Source of the DNA: a virus
Lineage: Duplodnaviria; Caudoviricetes
Direction: 5' to 3' (one strand)
Length of the DNA stretch: 57,742 bases
Virus record (IMG/VR): IMGVR_UViG_3300032246_001167
Span: 1 to 57,742 of that record
Shown here: positions 46,209 to 54,176 of the stretch, piece after piece
Position numbering within the stretch: position 1 is the first letter of the stretch
How the letters are laid out: every line of letters begins with the position of its first letter
Made by a program: the position numbers and the translations under genes
The notes under the pieces: model-generated
What the model was told of the DNA's origin: nothing
Seen by the model: the letters and a program-made list of their open reading frames with translations, nothing else
Database searches by the model: none

Positions 46209-47120
46209 ATGGCAATTTCTCGTGCCCAGCTACTGAAAGAACTCCTGCCAGGTCTGAACGCTTTGTTTGGTCTGGAATACGCCCGTTACGGCGAGGAGCA
46301 CAAAGAGATCTACGAAACCGAAACCTCGGAACGTAGCTTTGAAGAAGAAACCAAGCTGTCGGGCTTCTCGGCCGCGCCGGTCAAGAACGAAGGCACTGCC
46401 ATTCGTTATGACAACGCGCAAGAAGCTTGGACCGCACGCTATAACCACGAAACCATCGCTTTGGGTTTCTCGCTGACTGAAGAAGCCATTGAGGACAACC
46501 TCTATGACTCGCTGTCGGCTCGTTACACCAAGGCCCTGGCTCGTGCTATGGCGTACACCAAGCAAGTGAAGGCAGCTGCTGTTATCAACAACGGCTTTAA
46601 CAGTGCTTATGTTGGCGGTGACGGCGTTGCGCTGTTCTCGACCGCTCACCCGCTGGTCTCGGGTGGCACCAACAGCAACACCCCGGCAGTCGCTGCTGAC
46701 CTGAATGAAACGTCACTTGAAGCGGCTGTCATTCAGATCGCTGCGTGGACCGATGAACGTGGCCTTCTGATCGCTGCTAAGCCCAAGAAGTTGGTCGTCC
46801 CGCCTGCTCTGCAGTTCGTTGCTACTCGTCTGTTGGAAACCGAACTCCGTGTTTCGACCGCTGACAACGATATCAACGCGTTGAAGAACAACGGTTCGAT
46901 CCCGGAAGGCTATACGATCAACCACTTCCTGACCGACACGAACGGCTGGTATTTGACCACCGACGTTCCGAACGGCATGAAGCACTTTGAGCGTACACCG
47001 CTGCAAAACAGCATGGACGGTGACTTCGATACGGGCAACGTCCGTTACAAGTCGCGCGAGCGTTATTCGTTCGGCTGGTCGGATCCGCTGGGCATGTTCG
47101 GTTCGCCGGGCGCTTCGTAA
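46209..47120 (+). CDS. major capsid protein
   Basis: MAISRAQLLKELLPGLNALFG, PKKLVVP, DFDTGNVRYKSRERYSFG; strong RBS, high codon bias, followed by terminator. Confidence 0.92.
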   Translation: MAISRAQLLKELLPGLNALFGLEYARYGEEHKEIYETETSERSFEEETKLSGFSAAPVKNEGTAIRYDNAQEAWTARYNHETIALGFSLTEEAIEDNLYDSLSARYTKALARAMAYTKQVKAAAVINNGFNSAYVGGDGVALFSTAHPLVSGGTNSNTPAVAADLNETSLEAAVIQIAAWTDERGLLIAAKPKKLVVPPALQFVATRLLETELRVSTADNDINALKNNGSIPEGYTINHFLTDTNGWYLTTDVPNGMKHFERTPLQNSMDGDFDTGNVRYKSRERYSFGWSDPLGMFGSPGAS

Positions 47121-47124
47121 GGAG

Positions 47125-47150
47125 AGGGGGCTTCGGCCCCCTTTTCTTTT
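47125..47150 (+). terminator. intrinsic terminator after MCP
   Basis: GGGGGC-TTCG-GCCCCC followed by TTTTCTTTT. Confidence 0.9.
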
Positions 47151-47176
47151 GTACCCCTAGGTGTATGATTCATGCA

Positions 47177-47236
47177 CGTCTAGGATTTTTTTAACTCTAT
47201 CGACTGGCCTAGCAGACGTTGTGGAGACGATAGAGT
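47177..47236 (+). ncRNA. candidate structured RNA / leader element
   Basis: Stem ACTCTATCG/CGATAGAGT; loop CCTAGCAGAC is complementary to upstream GTCTAGG. Confidence 0.35.
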
Positions 47237-47260
47237 GAGTGCCACAACACGGAGATGTAA

Positions 47261-47626
47261 ATGGCTAATACTACGTTTAATGGACCAGTTCGTTCGCAGA
47301 ACGGCTTCCAAACTGTTTCTATTGACTCGACCACTGGCGCAGTCACCACCACTTCGACCATCGGCGCTGCAACTTCTGTCACCACCCTGACTGCTACCGG
47401 CAACATTACCGCCGATTCGACTCAAGCTGTTGTTGCTGGCGGCACCGCTGCATTCCTTGCAACCACTACCGCTGGTCTGGGCATCTATGTGGGTTCGGGC
47501 GCACCGACCGTGTCGGCTGCTCAAGGCTCGCTGTATATCCGCACTGACGGCTCTTCGACTAGCACCCGCCTGTATGTAAATACGAACGGTTCTACGACTT
47601 GGACTAACGTTACCACCGCAGCCTAA
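47261..47626 (+). CDS. minor capsid / head fibre protein
   Basis: MANTTFNGPVRSQNGF, GSGAPTVSAAQGSLYIRTDG. Confidence 0.65.
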   Translation: MANTTFNGPVRSQNGFQTVSIDSTTGAVTTTSTIGAATSVTTLTATGNITADSTQAVVAGGTAAFLATTTAGLGIYVGSGAPTVSAAQGSLYIRTDGSSTSTRLYVNTNGSTTWTNVTTAA

Positions 47627-47638
47627 TAGGAGTGCGTC

Positions 47639-48430
47639 ATGGCGAATATTGGAACTTGGCGGTCTATAACCCAAGTGGGGACGTACGAGCCGTTTGAATT
47701 GCAAGTAAGCCGTGGACAAGTTAATGGGCACACACCGGTATTTGTGTCTGGTTTTAATACAACTGTTGGCACTTCATATGAAACTGTATGGAGTGAGAGT
47801 ACGGTTTATGCGTACCCAGCAAGCGCGGTTGCAATAAAAGTTTCGAGTTCAGACGCAAACGATACTGCGGCTGGAACTGGTGCAAGAACTGTCACTGTTT
47901 ACGGTCTTGATGGCAGTTACAACCAAATCAATGAAACAGTTTCATTGAATGGCCAGACCGCTGTTACTACTACTGCTACTTTTTTGCGTGTATTGCATTT
48001 AATGGTCAATACAGCGGGTTCTGGCGGTGCGGCGGCTGGGAATATTTACGCGGGGGTTGGGGCGGTAACGACAGGCAAACCTGCTACTGTATATGGTGTT
48101 TATACCGCTGATGGCGGCGCAACGGCTTGTATTTACACCGTTCCTGCTGGATATACGGGTTACATTTTTGATTTTCTTTGTTCTTCCGGTGTTTCTGCGG
48201 TCGCTAATGCATATACAAACATTGTTTTGTACACTAGGCCGTTGGGCGGGGTTTTTGACAACACAATTCAAGGCAGATGCGCAAACGGCGGTTCTTTTAC
48301 CATCCCGTTGAATTACCCGATAGGTTTTACGGAAAAAACAGACATCGAAGTCCGGGCAAGCGCCACATCGTCTGCAAACGTTACTGCTAACTTTAGTATC
48401 GTACTTATCCAAAACAACATTACTACTTAA
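47639..48430 (+). CDS. virion structural protein
   Basis: Beta/Thr-rich; SSSDANDT..GTGARTV, YTVPAGYTGY. Confidence 0.6.
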   Translation: MANIGTWRSITQVGTYEPFELQVSRGQVNGHTPVFVSGFNTTVGTSYETVWSESTVYAYPASAVAIKVSSSDANDTAAGTGARTVTVYGLDGSYNQINETVSLNGQTAVTTTATFLRVLHLMVNTAGSGGAAAGNIYAGVGAVTTGKPATVYGVYTADGGATACIYTVPAGYTGYIFDFLCSSGVSAVANAYTNIVLYTRPLGGVFDNTIQGRCANGGSFTIPLNYPIGFTEKTDIEVRASATSSANVTANFSIVLIQNNITT

Positions 48431-48432
48431 TC

Positions 48433-48687
48433 ATGGCTAAGACCGCAGCATGGACAAGGAAAGAAGGCAAGAACCCCAAAGGCGGTTTGAATGCCAAGGG
48501 CCGAGCCTCCTATAACAAAGCCAATCCGGGAAAACCTGGCCTGAAGGCTCCGCAGCCTGAAGGTGGAGCTCGCAAGAAATCTTTTTGCGCCCGGATGACT
48601 GGGATGAAAAAGAAGCTGACATCAGCCAAGACTGCCAATGATCCAAACTCGCGCATCAATAAAAGTTTAAGAGCGTGGAATTGTTAA
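48433..48687 (+). CDS. small basic conserved protein (DUF6321-like)
   Basis: AWTRKEGKNPKGGLNAKGRASY...RKKSFCARM...SLRAWNC. Confidence 0.75.
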   Translation: MAKTAAWTRKEGKNPKGGLNAKGRASYNKANPGKPGLKAPQPEGGARKKSFCARMTGMKKKLTSAKTANDPNSRINKSLRAWNC

Positions 48688-48948
48688 ATGGAAATGATGA
48701 TTTGGAATGTTGTTCTGACAGCTCTGGTTGGAGTCATGGCGTTCATGATCAAAGCCAAGTTTGAAGAGCTGGATCGTCTTGGCATCTTGTTAAATAAGAC
48801 AAGAGAGGAGGTAGCGCGCGATCACATCACCCGCGCAGAAGTGCGCAGTGATATGGAAAGGCTGATGGAGCGCTTTGATGCGGGCATCCAAAGGCTTGAG
48901 AACAAGATTGACGAACTGGCTAAGAGTAGTCGAAATGCCCAGCGTTAG
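48688..48948 (+). CDS. membrane-anchored coiled-coil protein
   Basis: N-terminal TM, LLNKTREEVAR, RLENKIDEL. Confidence 0.7.
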   Translation: MEMMIWNVVLTALVGVMAFMIKAKFEELDRLGILLNKTREEVARDHITRAEVRSDMERLMERFDAGIQRLENKIDELAKSSRNAQR

Positions 48949-49405
48949 CCGCAAGCAGCACAATTTAATGGCCATGGTCGCTCACGATCCTAAGGCTGCT
49001 AAGCGCCTCGGCATACCAAGCAAGGTTGGCGAGGAATTTATGAAGGCGGACAAGGGCCGCACATTTTCAAAGGGTGGTGAAATGGCTGAAGCAAAGAAGA
49101 TGGTTAAGAAGGAAGTGGCCTTTATGAAGTCCAAGGGCGCTCCCAAGTCGATGGTCAAACACGAACAAGCTGAGATGATGGGTATGAAGAAGGGCGGCAT
49201 GGCCATGAAGAAGGGTGGCTGCGCCAAGATGGCTATGGGTGGTTCGGTCAAAGCCTCTGCTATGGGCAAGGTTAAGACCGCAGCTCCGAGCCGTGATGGT
49301 GTAGCTACCAAGGGCAAGACCCGTGGTACCAACCTTGGTAACTCTGGCAAAAATGTTCCGATCCAGTCTGGCGCTCGCAACATGAAGCGCGGCGGCAAGT
49401 GCTAA
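48935..49405 (+). CDS. Lys/Met/Gly-rich small basic protein
   Basis: MPSVSRKQHNLMA; repeated MKKGG; DGVATKGKTRG. Confidence 0.7.
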   Translation: MPSVSRKQHNLMAMVAHDPKAAKRLGIPSKVGEEFMKADKGRTFSKGGEMAEAKKMVKKEVAFMKSKGAPKSMVKHEQAEMMGMKKGGMAMKKGGCAKMAMGGSVKASAMGKVKTAAPSRDGVATKGKTRGTNLGNSGKNVPIQSGARNMKRGGKC

Positions 49406-49415
49406 GGAGCTGATC

Positions 49416-49712
49416 ATGCCTATTGATAAACGCACTGGAAAGAAATACAGGGCAGAAGAAGGTTTGGGCGATAAAACTGATCCGATGCCGGGCATGCCCA
49501 GCCCAATTGAACAAGCATTGATTGATAAGATCACGGCGGCTAAGGCTGCAGCGGCTGCTCGGCCAATGCCCGTTCAGCGACCCATGCCCCCGGCTATGCC
49601 AGCAGCTGCACCAGCAGCGCCTGGCATGAAGAAAGGCGGCAAGGTGTCGTCTGCTTCAAAGCGTGCTGATGGTTGCTGCGTTAAAGGCAAGACCAAAGGG
49701 AAGATCGTATGA
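49416..49712 (+). CDS. small basic protein
   Basis: Ends MKKGGKV...RADGCCVKGKTKGKIV. Confidence 0.7.
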   Translation: MPIDKRTGKKYRAEEGLGDKTDPMPGMPSPIEQALIDKITAAKAAAAARPMPVQRPMPPAMPAAAPAAPGMKKGGKVSSASKRADGCCVKGKTKGKIV

Positions 49713-49960
49713 GACCGAGTCGCGGTATGGGGTGCATTAGAGCTTCCAAGATGCCTACTGGTAAGACCAAGGCACGCCGCGACGATACGGACTTTACGGA
49801 ATACGCCAAAGGCGGAAAGGTAGGCTTGTATGCCAACATCAATGCAAAACGTCGTCGCATCGCTGCAGGCTCTGGTGAAAAGATGCGTAAGCCTGGTTCA
49901 AAAGGCGCCCCAACAGCCGACGCTTTCATCCAATCAGCCAAAACAGCCAGGAGAAAGTGA
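49709..49960 (+). CDS. small basic protein
   Basis: MRPSRGMG, YAKGGKV, GLYANINAKR..GSGEKMRKPG.KGAPT. Confidence 0.7.
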   Translation: MRPSRGMGCIRASKMPTGKTKARRDDTDFTEYAKGGKVGLYANINAKRRRIAAGSGEKMRKPGSKGAPTADAFIQSAKTARRK

Positions 49961-50136
49961 TGGCGGAGAAGTGGATCCAAAAGGCGATCAAGAAGCCGGG
50001 AGCCCTGCGCAAGTCGCTGGGAGTCAAGTCGGGCAAAACAATTTCCGCCGCCAAGCTGGCAAAAGCAGCAAAAGCTCCGGGAACGCTCGGAAAGCGGGCT
50101 CGCCTAGCTCAAACGCTAAAAAAGCTCGGTAAGTAA
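49960..50136 (+). CDS. small Lys-rich protein (58 aa)
   Basis: Read manually: MAEKWIQKAIKKPGALRKSLG...KRARLAQTLKKLGK; fills the gap exactly. Confidence 0.75.
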   Translation: MAEKWIQKAIKKPGALRKSLGVKSGKTISAAKLAKAAKAPGTLGKRARLAQTLKKLGK

Positions 50137-51096
50137 ATGACTACCACTGGCACCTCAGTTTTTAACCTCGACGTCAATGACCTGATTGAAGAGGCGTTTG
50201 AGCGTTGCGGCCAAGAGCTGCGTACGGGCTATAACTTCCGTACGGCTCGCCGCAGCTTGAACCTGTTGACGATTGAGTGGGCCAACCGTGGTATCAACTT
50301 GTGGACGATTGAAGAGGGGCAGATCCCGCTGTACCCCAATCAAGTCATCTACGCTCTGCCGAACGATACGATTGACCTGTTGGATCAAGTGACTCGCACC
50401 AACGCTGGTGTTGGGACCACTCAAGTTGACATCAACATCAACCGCATCAGCGAGTCGACTTATTCGACCATCCCCAACAAGTACGCCCAAGGTCGACCGA
50501 TCCAAGTGTGGATCAACCGGCAGACTGGGGAGACTAATGCCACTACGGCGCTTGTGAACACTCAACAAGTTAGCACCACTGATACGACGATCTATCTGGA
50601 TGACGTGACTCAGCTGGGTGCTGCTGGTTTTATTACTTTGGGCAGCGAGCTAATCAGCTACAGCCAGCTGACTCAACCCAGCCCCAGTTCGACTGCTGGC
50701 TATCTAAGTTATTGTGGTCGAGGCCAGCAAAATACAATTCCTGCCATCCACGCGATTGGTACATCTGTATCGGTATCGCGCCCGCCCAACATCAACATTT
50801 GGCCGGTGCCCAACCAGGGATCGGTTGGCAATCCGTTCTACATGTTTGTCTACTGGCGCATGCGCCGCATCCAAGACACTGGGACTGGCGTAAAGACCCA
50901 AGACATCCCATTCCGTTTCTTGGAGTGCATGGTTGCCGGCCTGGCTTACAAGATGTCCCTGAAGCTCCCGGACATGGATCCCAATCGTATTGCCATGCTT
51001 AAGTCTGAGTATGAGCAGCAGTTCCAGCTGGCCGCAGATGAAGACCGGGATAAGTCTAATGACCGGTTTGTGCCGCGTGTTCTGTATTACAGCTAA
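50137..51096 (+). CDS. head-tail adaptor / neck protein
   Basis: LIEEAFERCG, ARRSLNLL..EWANRG, YSTIPNK..QGRP, IPFRFLECMVAGLAY. Confidence 0.65.
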   Translation: MTTTGTSVFNLDVNDLIEEAFERCGQELRTGYNFRTARRSLNLLTIEWANRGINLWTIEEGQIPLYPNQVIYALPNDTIDLLDQVTRTNAGVGTTQVDININRISESTYSTIPNKYAQGRPIQVWINRQTGETNATTALVNTQQVSTTDTTIYLDDVTQLGAAGFITLGSELISYSQLTQPSPSSTAGYLSYCGRGQQNTIPAIHAIGTSVSVSRPPNINIWPVPNQGSVGNPFYMFVYWRMRRIQDTGTGVKTQDIPFRFLECMVAGLAYKMSLKLPDMDPNRIAMLKSEYEQQFQLAADEDRDKSNDRFVPRVLYYS

Positions 51097-51098
51097 TC

Positions 51099-51449
51099 AT
51101 GGCAAAGACTCTAACAAAGTTAAGCCCGGACGAAGAAAGTCGGTTTCAGTCCGACTATTCCGAGTACGCCAAGAACACGGGCATGAGCCCAAACCCAGAC
51201 GATAAAGAGCACTACTACGACTATCGCGGGGCGTGGAAGAGCGGAGTGGATCTGACCGGCGTGGACGCTGGGGATCACCTGACCAGTCAATTTAAGCTGC
51301 CTGGCCATCCGCGCACGTATGTGAATCCTCAAACTGACGAAGGCAGCGCAAAGCCCAAGAAGGGCTATGTCAAAACGTACAAGAAGGGCGGCACTGTTCG
51401 TGGTCACGGATGTGAGCTGCGCGGCAAAACCAAAGGTAGGTTTGTGTAA
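51099..51449 (+). CDS. hypothetical protein with C-terminal KKGG tag
   Basis: YYDYRGAW...HLTSQFKLPGHP domain plus YKKGGTVRGHGCELRGKTKG. Confidence 0.65.
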   Translation: MAKTLTKLSPDEESRFQSDYSEYAKNTGMSPNPDDKEHYYDYRGAWKSGVDLTGVDAGDHLTSQFKLPGHPRTYVNPQTDEGSAKPKKGYVKTYKKGGTVRGHGCELRGKTKGRFV

Positions 51450-51880
51450 TGTCCGGGCCTAAGTATGCCTCTGGCAAATACTCGATTGCCGAGTGCGATC
51501 GTTGTGGTCAGCGGTACATGTTGAAGCAGCTGAAGAAACTGACCATCAAGACCAAGATGGTCAATATCAAAGTTTGCCCGGAGTGTTGGGAACCTGATCA
51601 ACCGCAGCTGCAGCTTGGTATGTATCCCGTGTATGACCCGCAAGCTGTGCGTGAGCCAAGGCCTGATGTGAGTTATTACTTGTCTGGCACGACTGGCCTG
51701 CAGATTGCATTGAACGGCGGCACCAGCCCTAATGCCGTTGGGTACTCTGGTGAAGGCAGTAGAATTATCCAGTGGGGATGGAATCCTGTTGGCGGATCAA
51801 GGGCCAATGACGCTGATTTAACTCCTAACTATTTGGTGTTGGGCGTGCAAATCGGTACAGTAACGGTAGTCACGACTTAG
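51449..51880 (+). CDS. zinc-finger-containing conserved protein
   Basis: CDRCG...VCPECWEPDQPQL...DPQAVREPRPD. Confidence 0.75.
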   Translation: MSGPKYASGKYSIAECDRCGQRYMLKQLKKLTIKTKMVNIKVCPECWEPDQPQLQLGMYPVYDPQAVREPRPDVSYYLSGTTGLQIALNGGTSPNAVGYSGEGSRIIQWGWNPVGGSRANDADLTPNYLVLGVQIGTVTVVTT

Positions 51881-51889
51881 GAGTCAACC

Positions 51890-52087
51890 ATGGACAAATC
51901 AGATTTGAAGCAAGACAAAGCCCTGATCAAAAAGGCTTTTAAGCAGCATGATGCCCAAGAGCACAAGGGTAGCAAGGGTACTGTGCTCAAGCTGCGCAAG
52001 GGCGGCAAGACTAACGAAGAAATGAAGCGTTTGGGTCGCGGTATGGCTAAGGTCATGAACCAACGCACGTCATCGCGGAGTCGATAA
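51890..52087 (+). CDS. small basic protein
   Basis: AGGAG RBS; LRKGGK motif. Confidence 0.65.
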   Translation: MDKSDLKQDKALIKKAFKQHDAQEHKGSKGTVLKLRKGGKTNEEMKRLGRGMAKVMNQRTSSRSR

Positions 52088-52353
52088 TGGCTAAATTCAG
52101 TATGAAGAAAGGTGGCAAGGAAGTCGGCTCTGCCAAAGTCTATGCTGAACCGCACACTATGACCGGCGGTAGCGTTCATCTTGGCAATGGATATAGCGCA
52201 GAACCGACCAAGGCAGATAAAGTGAATATGTCGGTAGGCAATATCACCCGTGATGGCTATAACCCCGATCCGTACAAAGAAAACGATGGCATTAAAATTC
52301 GTGGCACTGGCGCTGCTACCAAGGGCACCAGGGCTCGGGGCCCGATGGCATGA
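52087..52353 (+). CDS. small basic protein
   Basis: MKKGGK...IRGTGAATKGTRARGPMA. Confidence 0.7.
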   Translation: MAKFSMKKGGKEVGSAKVYAEPHTMTGGSVHLGNGYSAEPTKADKVNMSVGNITRDGYNPDPYKENDGIKIRGTGAATKGTRARGPMA

Positions 52354-53066
52354 ACTATAGCGAGCTTGTTGCAACGATCCAAACGTACACCGAGAACCAG
52401 TTCCCGGATACGTATTTGGCTGATGGTTCGACAGTAACGTCGACCCAACAGATCAATCGTTTTATTCAACAAGCCGAGCAGCGCATCTACAACACCGTTC
52501 AGTTTCCTTCATTGCGGAAGAACGTGAAGGGGGTTTTGACATCAGGAAACAAGTATCTGTCCGCGCCAGATGATTTCCTGGCCGTGTATTCCATGGCTGT
52601 GGTCTCGGGAGTCACCGGAGGCAACTTGGACACGGGCACGTATGAGTATCTGTTGAACAAGGATGTGAACTACATCCGCCAGGCGTATCCGCAACCTAGT
52701 GATCAGGGTCTACCCAGGTACTACGCTTTGTTTGGACCGACTGTCAGCGGCAGCACAATTACCAATGAGCTGACGTTTATCCTTGGCCCTACGCCGGATT
52801 CTGGTTACAACGTAGAACTGCATTACTACTACTACCCGCAGTCAATCACCACGGCCACCACAACGTGGCTGGGCGATAACTTTGATAGCGTGTTGCTATA
52901 CGGATCTTTGGTAGAGGCGTACACATACATGAAGGGCGAGCAAGACATGATGGCCGTGTACGACGGCAAGTACAAAGAAGCCCTTGCTTTGGCTAAGCGC
53001 CTTGGTGATGGCATGGAGCGCCAGGATGCTTATCGTTCTGGCCAGTATCGTCAGCCGGTGACCTAA
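52350..53066 (+). CDS. head-tail adaptor (tail tubular A-like)
   Basis: FIQQAEQRIY, GLPRYYA, GPTPD..Y.VELHY, LLYGSLVEAYTYMKG. Confidence 0.7.
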   Translation: MNYSELVATIQTYTENQFPDTYLADGSTVTSTQQINRFIQQAEQRIYNTVQFPSLRKNVKGVLTSGNKYLSAPDDFLAVYSMAVVSGVTGGNLDTGTYEYLLNKDVNYIRQAYPQPSDQGLPRYYALFGPTVSGSTITNELTFILGPTPDSGYNVELHYYYYPQSITTATTTWLGDNFDSVLLYGSLVEAYTYMKGEQDMMAVYDGKYKEALALAKRLGDGMERQDAYRSGQYRQPVT

Positions 53067-53067
53067 G

Positions 53068-53490
53068 ATGGCTCTCACTCAGACCGCGACCAATCAGTTC
53101 AAGACGGGCCTTATGAATGGCTCGTACAACTTTACGTCTGACACGTTCAAGATCGCCCTGTATACCGCTGCCGCGACGTTGGATGAGACTACTGCAACAT
53201 ACACCACCAACAATGAGATCACCGGTACGGGCTACACAGCTGGTGGCCAAGCTTTAACGGTCAGCGTTACGCCAACGGTGGGTAACTCTGGGAACATTGC
53301 ATACATTTCGTTTAGCAATGTGTCGTGGACCGGGTCTTTGACGGCCCGTGGCGCTTTGATTTACGACGTGACCAACAGCAACAAAACAGTATGCGTGTTG
53401 GATTTTGGCGCAGACAAGACCGCTACCACTACGTTCCAAGTGCAGTTTCCGGCAGCAACAGACACCTCCGCAATCATAAGGATCGCTTAA
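53068..53490 (+). CDS. virion structural protein
   Basis: FKIALYT, TGYTAGG, ARGALIY, VLDFGADKT; paralogue of 53697-54152. Confidence 0.7.
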   Translation: MALTQTATNQFKTGLMNGSYNFTSDTFKIALYTAAATLDETTATYTTNNEITGTGYTAGGQALTVSVTPTVGNSGNIAYISFSNVSWTGSLTARGALIYDVTNSNKTVCVLDFGADKTATTTFQVQFPAATDTSAIIRIA

Positions 53491-53684
53491 TGGCACTGAT
53501 CAATACCACCAAAGGTGAAATGGACGAAACCCTTCTTGAGAAAAAAGAGGGTGAGATTGATAATGACAATGAAAATACCAAATGGATTGAGTACTGGCAC
53601 GAAGGTGAATTGGTGCATCGTTCTGTGCATGTCCATTTGAAACAAAACGTATTGGCGGATGGAATTGCCGCCATGCTTGGATAA
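53490..53684 (+). CDS. conserved small protein
   Basis: INTTKGEMDETLLEK...WIEYW..GELVHRSVHV. Confidence 0.7.
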   Translation: MALINTTKGEMDETLLEKKEGEIDNDNENTKWIEYWHEGELVHRSVHVHLKQNVLADGIAAMLG

Positions 53685-53696
53685 CAGGAGTTTTAA

Positions 53697-54152
53697 ATGG
53701 CTAACACTCAAGCGATGTGCACCTCTTTCAAGGGGGAAATTCTTACCGCTACTCATAACTTTGGTACGGCACCGATTCGTGCTGCCACTACGGCTGATAC
53801 GTTCAAGGCTGCTTTGTACCTGGCCTCGGCAACCATCAACGCATCCACCACCGCGTACACAGCTACCGGCGAAGTAACCGGCACTAACTACACGGCTGGC
53901 GGTATTACTGTTACCAACGCGACTGCCCCGGCTACCAGCGGTACCACTGCGTATTGGACCCCGTCGGCATCGTTGGTTTATACCAACGTGACCCTATCGA
54001 CTGCCTTTGATACTGTTTTGATCTACAACAGCACTCAAAGCAACAAGTCGGTTAGCGTTCACACGTTTGGCTCGCAAACCGTTACGGCTGGTAACTTCAC
54101 GTTGACCATGCCGACCAATGGTGCTGGTACCGCGCTGCTGAATATCGCGTAA
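53697..54152 (+). CDS. virion structural protein
   Basis: MCTSFK, FKAALY, TNYTAGG, LIYNST, AGNFTLTMP. Confidence 0.7.
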   Translation: MANTQAMCTSFKGEILTATHNFGTAPIRAATTADTFKAALYLASATINASTTAYTATGEVTGTNYTAGGITVTNATAPATSGTTAYWTPSASLVYTNVTLSTAFDTVLIYNSTQSNKSVSVHTFGSQTVTAGNFTLTMPTNGAGTALLNIA

Positions 54153-54176
54153 ATCTAACCCGCAAAGGTAGTAACT

